This document shows positions 40,066-55,463 of a stretch of 64,000 bases of DNA, one piece after another. Position numbers and translations under genes: made by a program. Every line of letters begins with the position of its first letter. Position 1 is the first letter of the stretch. The notes under the pieces are model-generated. The model was not told the origin of the DNA. It saw only the letters and a list, made by a program, of their open reading frames with translations, and ran no database searches. Origin of the DNA: Eledone cirrhosa (lineage: Eukaryota); the NCBI GenBank assembly GCA_964016885.1, contig OZ024741.1, positions 398,474,001 to 398,538,000 on the forward strand, in the 5' to 3' direction.

Positions 40066-40692
40066 TCGGGTCACTCTTGAGTGCTACTGGTAACATGTAA
40101 TCGAGTACAACCTGTCGCATGGTCGGGTCGTCGGCGACTAAACAGGCAACCCCACCAAGTTTACTTGGTGAGGAGGGTGATTTTGGACACCCTGCAGGAC
40201 AAAAAACAAAACCTGACAAAGGGGGGAAGATCTCATAAGAGTCAACGGCCATCCAAAAGTGTGTAAATATGTATATACACATGTACATATGTATGTATAT
40301 GTATATGTGTATATACATGGGTGCATGTGTATGTACATGCGCGGGGACATAGAAATAATCGGGCTGGAGACCCGATCGCGCAGTTAAACCACTGGGAGTG
40401 AAGGACCCCTAGCCTTTGTCAGGGCATTCTTCTTGGAGAAGGTAACTCAGGAAACTGGGATGACTCCGATATAAAACCTGCGGCTCAGTAGTTACTGATG
40501 ATGTTGATATTTTCTTCTTTTCGGGTTATAGCTACTGTCGCTCAGAGAGTGGGATTGGCTCAGTGCACAGTCTTTCCTCATTTAAAAAAATATCTTCATG
40601 CACAGGCATTGCACGATAGAATTAATTAATAATTATTAATAATGGTATATCGTGCAATGGCCATACTCGATAACGAGGGGGCAGCCATCATG
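40066..40692 (+). mobile_element. Non-autonomous RTE-derived element(s): 5'-UTR-like sequence plus the LINE 3' tail
   Basis: The 3' end ATGGCCATACTCGATAACGAGGGGGCAGCCATCATGTATG resembles the LINE end ATGGCAATACTTGAACACGAGTTTGCAGCCATCATGTA. No ORF; interrupted by a microsatellite. Confidence 0.55.
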
Positions 40693-40754
40693 TATGCATG
40701 CATGCGTGTATGTATGTATGTGTGTGTGTGTGTATATATATGTGTGTGTGCGTG

Positions 40755-40794
<40 letters not shown>

Positions 40795-40939
40795 CATGTG
40801 GGTGTGTATATATATATATCTCCATATACATATTTATTCAGCTGATATAGGCTGGATTGGTTGGAAATATTCTGACGCAAATTCTTTCTGCTCTGTTAAA
40901 TCGAAACAAATCTTGACTTTTTATTTGAGGTTTTCTATA

Positions 40940-41575
40940 TAAGAGACCGGGAGACCATGTTGATACTATGAAGGCCATTTGTCCTAAGCCGCCTGGACTA
41001 TTGCTCCCAGCTGTGGTCACCCCATAGTATCAAACTAACCACGGAACTTGAGACAATCCAACGAAGCTACACCAAGAGGATTGCACGATGAAGGAGATGA
41101 GCTACTGGGAGAGGCTAAAAGAACTGAAACTCTACTCCTTGGAACGAAGACGGGAGAGATACGCAGTGATATACATATGGAAAATCCTGGAGGGACTAGC
41201 GCCAAACTTTGGTATTGAGAGCGGGACCAACCCCCGAACAGGACGTCACTGTGTGGTGACAAAGGTCCCGTCTTCCACATCTAGAACAAGCAGCAGATAT
41301 TGCAATAGACTGGGTTCAACTCTTCAACAAACTGCCGAGGGATTTGAGAGATCTACATGGTGTGGCCGTGGATATTTTCAAGAAACTTCTCGACACCCTG
41401 TTATCCAGGATCCCGGATGAGCCCACATCAAGGTACGAAGGAAACCTAAGGGCAGCAGTAACGAACTCCCTCTTACATTAATGGCCAGCCAACACAGGCT
41501 GGAGATAGAATGTGTAGCAACAAGAGCAGTGCCCAATCATGGTCTCAGCCAGATGGCTGGAACAGCTAAAAGAGT
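40940..41575 (+). mobile_element. CR1-type LINE 3' fragment
   Basis: LDYCSQLWSP...LETIQR...MSYWERLKELKLYSLERRRERY. Confidence 0.85.
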
Positions 41576-41946
41576 ATATATATATATTTAATATAGAAAT
41601 GGCTTCAACAGGACTAGAAATGTTTCATTCGGAGGAAATCATCAGAAAAGCCGACTGTCAATGTAATATGGTGGTATTTATACATTTTCTGGTGGTAGGG
41701 GAGGCTAGTAAATTGATGCTAAGTAGACAAACACATACACACTGACAGGCAGTCCTAATTTTCAAGGTTCATTTATTCCAAACAAACAAAGGGTTTTCAT
41801 TGAGTGGCAATATTAAAATGCTCTGCTGAAAGATATATGTGTGTGTTTGTGTATGTCATCATCATCGTTTAACGTCCATGTTCCACGCTTGCATAGGTTT
41901 GGGCGGGAGTTTTCCCACTTGAGGCAAGAGCGGTTGTCTTGCTCGC

Positions 41947-42025
<79 letters not shown>

Positions 42026-42076
42026 AGAGAGCGAGAGAGCGAGCGAGCGAGCGTGCGTGCGTGCGTGCGTGCGTGC

Positions 42077-42826
42077 GAAATTTCAATACTATTAAGACAC
42101 ACTAATGGGGGTTAAACGCCCTATAGTGAAAAGTTTGGCCAATAAATGGAACAAGATTTTACGAATTCCTATGGTTTTGGAGATAGACCCCCCATAACCA
42201 TATATATTCTGAAACTACATTGTCCAGGGTTCTTGGATAAGTATATTTCATTTTAATCAAAGGGTTCATCGGGGGGGCACAAAACCGCCGCTGAAACTTT
42301 ACCTTCGATTTATATGAAATTTAAACCATAGGTAAATGGCAACATATGCCTATTTACAAAATTTCAGCAAAATGTTTTCCCTTCGATTTATATACAATTT
42401 AAACCATAGATAAATGAAGAGATATGATGCCTATTCACAAAATTTCAATACTATAAGACACCTTAATGGTGGTTAAACCCCCTATTAGGGTTCCCCAGGG
42501 GTACAAACCCCCGCTGAAAACTTTCCCTTTCGATTTATATGAAACTTAAACCATAGGTAAATGACAAGATATGATGCCTATTCACAAAAGTTTTCAATTG
42601 ATATTTTGAAAAAAATTATTTACAAGAAACAAAATAAGAATAAGATTTAATAATGCAATTTTGATGTTTTCTAAAAATGATGTTTTCCAATTTTTCATGC
42701 ATTATATTTTACATTGAGTAATATTGAGTTTTTCTCCATAAATTATATCACTAATTTAAAATCAATCATCATTTTCTTACAAAAAAAAATGTGTGAAACG
42801 CAGCAAGGCGCTGGTAATTTGGCTAG
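42077..42826 (+). mobile_element. Probable non-autonomous Helitron-like element
   Basis: Internal duplicated blocks. 3' end with a short GC hairpin CAGC-AAGGC-GCTG followed by CTAG|T. Confidence 0.5.
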
Positions 42827-42842
42827 TATATGTGAGTGTGTG

Positions 42843-42879
<37 letters not shown>

Positions 42880-42888
<9 letters not shown>

Positions 42889-43485
42889 CATTATGTAGGA
42901 GAGGTGTAGGTAGAAACTCCATCCTCTGCCCCATATGCAAACTATGGGTACACAAGAGATGTAGTGGGATCTCAGGAAGTTTAGTTAAGAATGTAGGCTT
43001 TACATGTAGCAGTTGCACCAGGACAGTAAGCAGCAAACAATCACTGAAAACAAGTGACATCAAAGTCTGGGAGGACTTGTTAAAAACAATACCGAATTAG
43101 CAGCGGAGAGGGGGGGGAGGGTGTTCTGAAAGAACGGGATGGAAGAAGTTGAGGGAGCTACTGCCACAGCTGGATACAAAAGGCTTTTCCCCCAGAATAA
43201 AAGGTAGACTGTATGATGTGTGCATATGAACGGCAATGTTGCATGGTAGTGAGAGCTGGGCCTGTGTGTAGAAGACTTGCGTAGATTAGAAAGGAATGAA
43301 GCTTATATGCTCCGATGGATGTGTAATAGTAATATACGCGAACAGCAAAGCATAAACAAACTGAAAGAGAAACTAGGCATAAGAGGAATCAAATATGTGC
43401 AGGAGAGGAGATTATGTTGGTATGGACATGTGATTCATATGAAGGATGACAGCTACATAAAGTCCCAGAAAGACTTGAGATGAAG
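42880..43485 (+). mobile_element. Fragment of the Cys-rich RTE LINE family
   Basis: CSLCRRGVGRNSILCPICKLWVHKRC...LERNEAYMLRWMC, homologous to 24090-24660. Confidence 0.85.
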
Positions 43486-43489
43486 TGAT

Positions 43490-44260
43490 AAAAGCCGACC
43501 TGGCCCAATTGCACCTCTGAAAGGCAATGACACAGGACCAAGATCTCTGGCGTTATGAGGTAATACAGAAACCCCAACTTCCCACGGGCCCAGGCCAAGG
43601 CTGAAACATACATACAGTATGCACCACTCCATCCCACCCGCCAATATATCTTTCATGAGAACAGGCCGAAACACTGTAAAGTGGTCGTGATGGTGACACG
43701 GTAAAAAACACCCAGTCCACACTGTAAAGTAGTCGTGGAGGAATCACAACAAAAAACACCCAGTACTCAATGTAAATGAGCTTGGCATTAGGAAGGGCAT
43801 CCAGCTGTAGAAACCAAGCCAAAATCAGTTCTTTATGAGCAAGACATCGTCACCTGACCTAACATGGCCAACAATAGAAGGCACATGGCTCAGTGGTTAG
43901 AGCATTGGGCTTGTAATTGAAAGGTTGTGAGTTTAATTGTTGGACCGGGTGATGTGTTGTTTCCTTGAGCAAGACACTTTATTTCACATTGCTCCAGTTT
44001 ACTCAGCTGTATAAATGAGATGATAGGACTGGGGTCCCTATCATTCCACTGCAAAGTGGTCGTGGAGGTGCCACGGCAAAAAATTAAAAAACACCCAGCA
44101 CTCACTGTAAATGAGGTTGGTGTTAGGAAGGGCATCCAGCTGTAGAAATCAAAACAGAATCAGTTCCCGTATGAGCAAGACAAGGTCAGCCGACCAGACT
44201 GCCCACAACAGGACAACCCATGCTATCGTAGAAGAACTGACATAAAATGATGATGATGAA
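43490..44260 (+). mobile_element. Two tandem SINE-B-family elements
   Basis: 43490-43870 is a partial copy. 43880-44260 is full length, with tRNA head and (GAT)n tail. Confidence 0.85.
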
Positions 44261-44319
44261 ATATAACAGAGTTTTATAGCTTGCTTGAAGCATTGATGAA
44301 TAGGAAACATAAATATATT

Positions 44320-47331
<3,012 letters not shown>

Positions 47332-47919
47332 ACAATTAAGTTAAAAATGTACATCTACATATGCATACTGAAATACTAGTGTGTATATGAATACACACAC
47401 GTATACATATGTAGGTGTAACAAGTCTTTCACTGGTCGCTTTACTGTGAGCAACTCAGCTATTCTGTATGTAAACACACAGACAAACCGGTTTTTAGAGT
47501 CATACTGGTTTTCGGGGGAACACCTTCCCTCTATTCTCCAGAAAGCCAGACAAGGAATATTGAACTAGTCTGCCCACTACTAATTTTCATAGAAAAAGCA
47601 TATAACGATATGTGCTTTTACAATTCTCCAGAAGGGCCGGTAGATAGGTAAATATTGCTGATGAGTTGTAACAACAACGAAACTAGTTCAATATTCCTTG
47701 TCTGGCTTTCTGGAGAATAGAGGGAAGGTGTTCCCCCGAAAACCAGTATGACTCTAAAAACCGGTTTGTCTGTGTGTTTACATACAGAATAGCTGAGTTG
47801 CTCACAGTAAAGCGACCAGTGAAAGACTTGTTACACCTACATATGTATACGTGTGTGTATTCATATACACACTAGTATTTCAGTATGCATATGTAGATGT
47901 ACATTTTTAACTTAATTGT
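47332..47919. repeat. 238-bp inverted repeat (no mismatch seen) around a 112-bp spacer
   Basis: 47332-47569 is the reverse complement of 47682-47919. Confidence 0.95.
47651..47695 (+). ncRNA. Type I hammerhead ribozyme (minimal, palindromic stem III)
   Basis: AATATTG-CTGATGA-GTTGT(AACA)ACAAC-GAA-ACTAGT-T^CAATATT: 7-bp stem I, 5-bp stem II, GUU cleavage triplet. Confidence 0.82.
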
Positions 47920-48019
47920 TTAAGCGTCAGTCATACAAAAGTGAGTTACAAACGAAACGAAATTTAATTTCGTTTCGTTATTTGTTTTTATATAAATATA
48001 TATATATATATATATAAAA

Positions 48020-48068
<49 letters not shown>

Positions 48069-48197
48069 TATATATAAATAAACGTTAGAATATGTGTAAT
48101 AAGGCCAAGACAATGCAGATATGGACATAGAAAAAAGAATGCAATAGTGAAAGATATTGATGTGAATTCGTTTTTCACCTTGAATTTATTTAAATGT

Positions 48198-48232
48198 CCT
48201 TAATTTTCGAGATAATATCTCTTCTTCGGAGG
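48198..48232 (-). ncRNA. Variant hammerhead-like motif in the PLE1 pLTR (second copy 51343-51377)
   Basis: CCT-CCGAAGA-A-GAGAT(ATT)ATCTC-GAA-AATT-A-AGG. The core has C instead of U4 and stem I is only 3 bp. Confidence 0.45.
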
Positions 48233-48633
48233 GAAGTAAAGGTCTCAGACCAGCGTCTTTAAATCTCTAATGAAGCCATGCTGACCGGAAATAGTATAGA
48301 GTATCTGTTCTAACTTTAATATCAAAGAATTAAAATTAGGTGGATAAAGAGTAGTCTCCCTTTAAGAGGGGTTTGTTTATGTTTTGTTTTTGTTTTTGTA
48401 TTGTTATTTTAAATTTTAAATGCGTGCCTGTATATGTGTGTGGGAGAATGCATGAAGGTGTAGGTATGTGGGTGTGTGTGTGTGAGTGTGGGAAGATAGG
48501 TCTAATCGTAAAAGTGGGGGGTAGGTGTTATCTGGTGTTAGAACTGGTTTTGTGTGTGTATGTGTGAGAGAGAATAAGTGGAGGTGTGTGCGTGCGTGTG
48601 TGTGGGGTGTGTAAAATGGGGCTAGAGGCCCTA

Positions 48634-51208
48634 TCAGGTTATAAATTGGGTGTTGAGCTCTAGTCTATTATTGATTGGTGGATGTGTTCTATCTATAATA
48701 AGTGCTTCCTTGATTCTAAGATTGCCGAGGTTTCTTTCCTTAGTTTCTATCCTAACTGTTATGTTTTTATCGGTGTTTTTGCATTTAACTAGGTGTTTCT
48801 TAAATGAGGAAGCGTTAGTATTGAGGTGTTCTTTTATTCTTATGTGGAGTGGTCTGGTGGTGCTACCTACGTAGAAGTTGTTGCATTTGTCACACTCTAG
48901 TCTGTAGACTACGTAAGCCTGGTGGCATAGGTCTGTGTCGTTGATGGGGCAGTTGGCTAGTCTGCAGCAGTTGTCATGTCTGGTGGAGTGTCTCTTAGCC
49001 AGCCGTCCGCGCAAAGAAGGACCCGAATGGGCCAGTTGAATATCCAGACCCTCTCGTCTGATGGCTCTGCGGATGGCTGTTGTTTCTTCACTGAAGTGTG
49101 GGAGCTTCAGGAAGCAAGTGTTAGTGCCTCGGGTGTGGTGTCCTCTGTTCTTTCTGGCACGGTTTGTGGTGGATGTCGTGTATCCGTTCAGTTTGAGTAC
49201 TTCCAGGAAATGTGTGGTGTGTGTGTCTCGGTCTCTGGCGTCGGTGCATTTGTTCTTGATACGTGCCAGTTCGTTCTTTATGTATCCGAACTTGGCACCG
49301 AGTGGGAGGGCCGATCTGAAATGTACGAACAGGTCCCTGCTGGCGGATTTTTTATAGAAGCAGGTGTGGATGTTGCCTTCCTCTGTTACCCTGAGTTGGA
49401 AGTCCAGCAGGGATAGGGATCCGCGGTCATCGGGGTGTTCCATGCTGAACTTTATACTGGCGTCCATGCTGGAGAATGTTGTGTATATTTTCTCTGCCTC
49501 CTCACGGGATGATGTAAGGATGAGTATGTCATCTACATATCGGGTGAAGAAGGCATGGGAATGGCAGGTGTTGAGGGCTCGGCATTCTAGCTGGTTCATG
49601 TAAGTGATGGCCAGCAGGCCCGAGAGGCTGGATCCCATGGGTAATCCTGTTGTCTGTCTGTATGTGTGGTGGTGGAAGGTGAAGTACGTGTTGTCTACTG
49701 TGAAGGACAAAAGTTGGTGTATGTCCGTCGGGTGGAGGCCGTAGCAGTGGATGTTCTCTCGACCACGCAGTCCGTCAATAAATCGACAGCTGGGTGAGCG
49801 GGGACTGTAGTGTAGAGGGAGACAACGTCGAGGCTAAAAGCGTATTTATTAAGTTTAAGTTGTTCTGGCTGGAGTTGGTGTAATCTACGTATAACTTCGT
49901 CGGAGCTACTGACATGTCCGGGGAAGGTGGAGAGTAGAGGCTTGAGGACCTGGGAGAGAAGCCAGGAAATTTTGTATAGGGGTCCTTCTATGCTAGAGAC
50001 GATGGGTCTTATATGCGTCTTAGTGCTATTCTTGTGGGTCTTGATGAGGTGGTAGAAAGTGGGCAGTCTGCTATTTCTAGTGGTGTAGTTGAGTTTAATT
50101 TTATTCGGGAGTTGTCTTCTCTTACAGATATCGAACCAAATGGAGTTGGTCTGTTTTTCGATTTGGGCTGCGGTCATGTCCGGGATCACTGTGTACAGTT
50201 CACTGTCGCTTAGGTGTTCGAAGGCTAGGTTATTGTATGTGGCTTGAGAGATGACGCAGAACTCTTTACCTTTGTCGGATGGTAAGTAAATAAGTTCCTT
50301 ATTCCGTAGGTTCTTCAGGGCGAGTTGTTGTGTCCTGGAGAGGTTAGGGGCCATCTTCTTCTGTATCCGTAAGATGTTAAATACGGAATGTTTTAGTTTC
50401 GAGAGTTTTTCTTCCAGCTCACGGTTGGCGGGCGGTGGATAGAGTGGGCGATCTAGTTGGTATATCGGGAATCTGGGTGTGGTGGATTCCGTGGTGTTGT
50501 TGTCGAGAGTCGATATCCATTTCAGTTGGTAGGCAGTCCGACAGAAATTCGTTTCTATGTCGAGCCATAGTCTGTCGTCCAGTCTCTGTTTCAATATGAA
50601 CTTGGGACCCAGGCTGAGGAGGTCTAATTCCTCTCGGGAGAGGGATCCTGTCAAGTCTGTGACGAGGTGTTTTGCGTCAGGTGTGTTGTTGGTCAGGGTG
50701 CCGCTAGGTTCGGTGTTGGTAACGTATTGTTCGCCTCTGTTGGTGTTTAGCGTTGGGATGTTGTTAAGACAGTTGGCCGTCCTGAGTTTGAGAAATTTTT
50801 GTGTTAGGCGTATTTTCTCGTAGTCTCGGCGGTGGTGGTATAACCTGTCTATAGTGGCGGAGATGACATTGGACAGAGGTTCTGGGGTTTCAGCGAGTTG
50901 TGGTACAAGGCTGGAGATAGTCCGTATGTGATGTTGTAGCGTGCGGTGTAGGTGTTGTATGAGTTTTCTTAGGTAGAATTTTTGTATGTAACTGAGTGAT
51001 CGTTTGAGGCCTGGTGAATTGAAGCATGTTGGTAGGTGAAAATTTTTGATGGTTTTGGGAATGATGTTATTCAGGCATCGTTTTAGGAAATTTATTTGGC
51101 AGCCGGCTTTGGCGCGCTTTTCAGATAGCTGGAAGAGTTTCTTTACAGTTGTGAACTGGGCCTGGCTCAGGCGTAATGAAAGGAGGAGGTTATAGTTCAC
51201 TTGAATCA
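48634..51208 (-). CDS. PLE RT plus C-terminal GIY-YIG endonuclease, with one frameshift near 49755
   Basis: LSLGPKF, PSDKG, YHLIKTHK, RPIVS, SLDVVSLYT, GLPMGSSLS, RYVDD, LLDF, VVYRLECDKC..YVGST.R.L..R..EH. Confidence 0.93.
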
Positions 51209-52136
51209 TTGTGTAATGAGGTATAAACGTTAGAATATGTGTAATAAGGCCAAGACAATGCAGATATGGACATAGAAAAAAGAATGCAATAGTGAAAGAT
51301 ATTGATGTGAATTCGTTTTTCACCTTGAATTTATTTAAATGTCCTTAATTTTCGAGATAATATCTCTTCTTCGGAGGGAAGTAAAGGTCTCAGACCAGCG
51401 TCTTTAAATCTCTAATGAAGCCATGCTGACCGGAAATAGTATAGAGTATCTGTTCTAACTTTAATATCAAAGAATTAAAATTAGGTGGATAAAGAGTAGT
51501 CTCCCTTTAAGAGGGGTTTGTTTATGTTTTGTTTTTGTTTTTGTATTGTTATTTTAAATTTTAAATGCGTGCCTGTATATGTGTGTGGGAGAATGCATGA
51601 AGGTGTAGGTATGTGGGTGTGTGTGTGTGAGTGTGGGAAGATAGGTCTAATCGTAAAAGTGGGGGGTAGGTGTTATCTGGTGTTAGAACTGGTTTTGTGT
51701 GTGTATGTGTGAGAGAGAATAAGTGGAGGTGTGTGCGTGCGTGTGTGTGGGGTGTGTAAAAATGGGGCTAGAGGCCCTATCAGGTTATAAATTGGGTGTT
51801 GAGCTCTAGTCTATTATTGATTGGTGGATGTGTTCTATCTATAATAAGTGCTTCCTTGATTCTAAGATTGCCGAGGTTTCTTTCCTTAGTTTCTATCCTA
51901 ACTGTTATGTTTTTATCGGTGTTTTTGCATTTAACTAGGTGTTTCTTAAATGAGGAAGCGTTAGTATTGAGGTGTTCTTTTATTCTTATGTGGAGTGGTC
52001 TGGTGGTGCTACCTACGTAGAAGTTGTTGCATTTGTCACACTCTAGTCTGTAGACTACGTAAGCCTGGTGGCATAGGTCTGTGTCGTTGATGGGGCAGTT
52101 GGCTAGTCTGCAGCAGTTGTCATGTCTGGTGGAGTG

Positions 52137-54520
52137 TCTCTTAATCTTGACACTGGCCTATATTACCCTTACCATAAAAACAATGAGAACCTAAATTATG
52201 TTAACTTTAAATCTAACCATCCTACCAATATCAAGAATGCTATAGTTAGTAATATTGGAAAAAGAATATCTAACATATCTTCTAATAAAAACATCTTTGA
52301 TGCTAACGCCAATTACTATAATAACGCACTTTCTAAAGCCGGCTATCCAGATAAAATCAAATATAGTAAAGAAACAAATTCTAGAAAAACTTACAGTAGA
52401 ATAATTAATCATGATCATTCCAATAATTTTAATAAAAGACCTAGATACAAAAACATAATCTGGTATAATGCTCCTTTCTCCATCTCTATTAATAACAATA
52501 TTCCTAAATTATTTTTTAGTGCCTTAAATAAATGCTTCCCTCCCTCACATATCTATAGTAAAATATTTAACAAACACACCATCAAATTTTCTTATTCTAC
52601 ATCCTCCAATATTTCCAACATCATCTCTAAACACAACAATACAATACTAAATACTAAATCTCTTCCTTCCAACATTGAATTTCATAACAACAGTAATAGT
52701 ACTTCCGACGTCATTGTAAACCCTAGGCTAACTTCTGTAAACCCAAATACAACGTCAAACACAACTTCGCTAAATGTTCATAATCCAACTCTAAATCAAG
52801 AAACTATTATTCCTATTATTCCTATCGCAAACAACTTCTCCAATCCAATTCCTTCTATAGATAACACTAGGTCACTCATTAATAATCTCTCTAATTGCAA
52901 CTGCCGCATTAAAAATAAATGTCCTCTCAACAACCATTGTCTCGATAAAAACTTAATTTATGAATGTAAAATTATAACTAGCACCAATTCCTTCACCTAT
53001 TTTGGCTCCACTTCCACCTCTTTTAAAGCTCGTCTCTATAATCACCATTCATCTTTCAAATACAAACTTAAAAGAACCAACACGGCTCTCTCAGAACTCA
53101 TATGGTCCTTGAAAGACAAAAACATTAAATATACCATCTTTTGGAAGAAGGTTTCTTCTGCATCCTCATACTTGAACAGCTCTCTATCTAAAATCTGTAA
53201 TCTCTGCCTAAATGAAAAATTTACCATTATCTCTAATCGAGATTCTATAATAAATAGACGTACAGATTTGTTTTCTATCTGCCTGCATAAATTCCATAGG
53301 ACTTTTCACAAAGTATACAGTTAATATTCAATTCTTTATCAATTTAGAATCTTTTCTCAAAGGCACATATACATACACCTCTTTAAAATATACCCATCTT
53401 CCTACCTTACTTCAAAGGGCATTATACACTCTATAATACTTGTTTACTCATTACCCTCTTTCCATCTTCACCTTGTAAAATCCTTCATAACATATACATT
53501 TGTTTTTTTGACGTTAGAATATTCATCCGCAATTATTATTATTTTTTCTCTCTATCATAAAACTTTTTAATCTCAATTTCATCCTTAATTTATTATTTTT
53601 TTCTCCCCATCAACGAACTCATTCTTAATACATATTAACTCTTTATTCGCATATATTATCAATTCCTTCAATATACAAACTTTAACTTCACATTATTTTT
53701 CTCAAATCCTTCTACACACAAACCTTAATAATTTTTTTCTCTTCGTTAATTTTGAAATTGCCACAATACTTATCAACATACACTTTTTTTGACGTTAGAA
53801 TATTCATCCACAATTATTTTTTCTCTCTATCTTCATACATAAATTCCCTTCGTTAATTTTCAAATTCCTTTAATTTATACATTATCTTCCAACGGTTCTC
53901 AACCTCTCTATGTAAAACAATATATCTTTTCTCAGTTATAAAAACTATCTCTTTCTCTCTATCACCCATCTCTCCCTCTCCACTCTCATCTCCTCCCCCT
54001 TTTTTTCATCCTTTCCAGCCCCCACCCTCTAAATAAAATATTTTTTCCTCGCACATATCTTCCCTTCGTTAATTTTCAAATTAATTTATACATTATCTTC
54101 CAACGGTTTTCAACCTCTCTATGTAAAACAATATATCTTCTCTCAGTTATAAAAACTATCTTTCTCTCTATCACCCATCTCTCCCTCTCATCTCCTCCCC
54201 TTTTCCACCCCCCTCTCTAAATAAAATATTTTTCCCAATATCACACATCAATCTAAAACCACTTTTCATATGTTGATTTAAAACTGCACTATCCACAAGT
54301 GTTTTTTAGCCTTCATATCATGTTCTCCTGTTTTATCTGATGAAAACACAAATATTATTGCATGATGATGTTTGTTTTTGAAATGCGCATAATAAAATAC
54401 ATGGAACTCCTTTAACCATCTTTTGATCTTATATTATGTATACTCCAGTCCTACAAACTGTAGAGTGCTTCTTATCCGATATCTGCCTTGCTTTATTGTA
54501 CTACAAAACTCACCTCCTAT
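52137..54520 (+). mobile_element. Penelope-like element 2 (different lineage, Nematis-like), 5'-truncated: RT thumb, GIY-YIG ORF (to 53324) and 3' UTR/pLTR
   Basis: SNHP, IIWYNAPFS, CNCR...CPL...CL, LIYEC...YFGST...R..NH, CNLCLNEK. The UTR has internal duplications (53845-54235). Confidence 0.9.
54331..54397 (+). ncRNA. Type I hammerhead ribozyme in the PLE2 3' region
   Basis: TTTTAT-CTGATGA-[long stem II including CAAATATTA/TGATGTTTG]-GAA-ATGCGCAT-A^ATAAAA. Palindromic stem III, AUA triplet. Confidence 0.85.
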
Positions 54521-54526
54521 ATATAC

Positions 54527-54557
<31 letters not shown>

Positions 54558-54706
54558 CATATATATACATATACATATATATACATATATATATATACAT
54601 ATATACATATATATATATACATATATATACATATACATATATATACATATACATATATATAAATATATACATATATACATATATATACATATATACATAT
54701 ATATAC

Positions 54707-54737
<31 letters not shown>

Positions 54738-54936
54738 CATATACATATATATACATATACATATATATATATATATATATACATATATACATATATACAT
54801 ATATATACATATATATACATATATACATATATACATATATATACATATATACATATATACATATATATATATACATATATATACATATATACATATATAT
54901 ACATATATACATATATACATATATACATATATATAC

Positions 54937-54985
<49 letters not shown>

Positions 54986-54986
54986 C

Positions 54987-55017
<31 letters not shown>

Positions 55018-55030
55018 CATATATATATAC

Positions 55031-55089
<59 letters not shown>

Positions 55090-55110
55090 CATATATATAT
55101 ACATATATAT
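54521..55110. repeat. (TA)n/(CATATA)n microsatellite
   Basis: Directly visible. Confidence 0.98.
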
Positions 55111-55325
55111 TTCGTTTCTGAATTTGTTTAGCAAGATTCTTTATCTGAAATCGTGTGTTGAAACCGATATTGTTACACTTTGGGAGGGTCATGCTGCCAA
55201 TAAGAAACACACGCACCAGTTGCTTTCACTTCAATTTAATTTATTAAATATTTATAAATTTACAAATTTATAAATTTCTGGTTGGTTGGTTGGTTCCACA
55301 ACCAGATAGTTGTTTATATATATAT

Positions 55326-55370
55326 AGTCATAGTTCTTTCGTCACACACTCTGTGACCTCTTCAGTGACT
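55326..55370 (-). ncRNA. Type I hammerhead ribozyme in the PLE3 pLTR
   Basis: AGTCA-CTGAAGA-G-GTCAC(AGAGTGT)GTGAC-GAAA-GAAC-TA^TGACT. Confidence 0.78.
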
Positions 55371-55453
55371 GGGGATTTCTTTCTTCGTTTCTGTGCCTTT
55401 CCTTTCTTCTATCCTACGCCATTTTGTTTGTGTGTGGGTTGCGTGCTCAGTTT

Positions 55454-55463
55454 GCGCATGCGC
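55454..55463. promoter_or_regulatory. NRF1-type palindrome in the PLE3 pLTR (candidate promoter element)
   Basis: Exact GCGCATGCGC about 85 bp upstream (minus sense) of the hammerhead. Confidence 0.35.

Larger units (their letters stand above)
48078..52143 (-). mobile_element. Penelope-like element 1: full ORF between two ~920-bp direct repeats (tandem pLTR arrangement)
   Basis: 48078-48997 and 51223-52143 differ by one 1-nt indel as far as I can see. The 3' end runs into (TA)n. Confidence 0.95.

Noticed and set aside
40066-40160. HDV-like ribozyme in the RTE 5'-UTR-like segment
   Set aside because: A CCTGT/ACAGG pairing and a small hairpin exist, but I could not fit P1/P3/P1.1.
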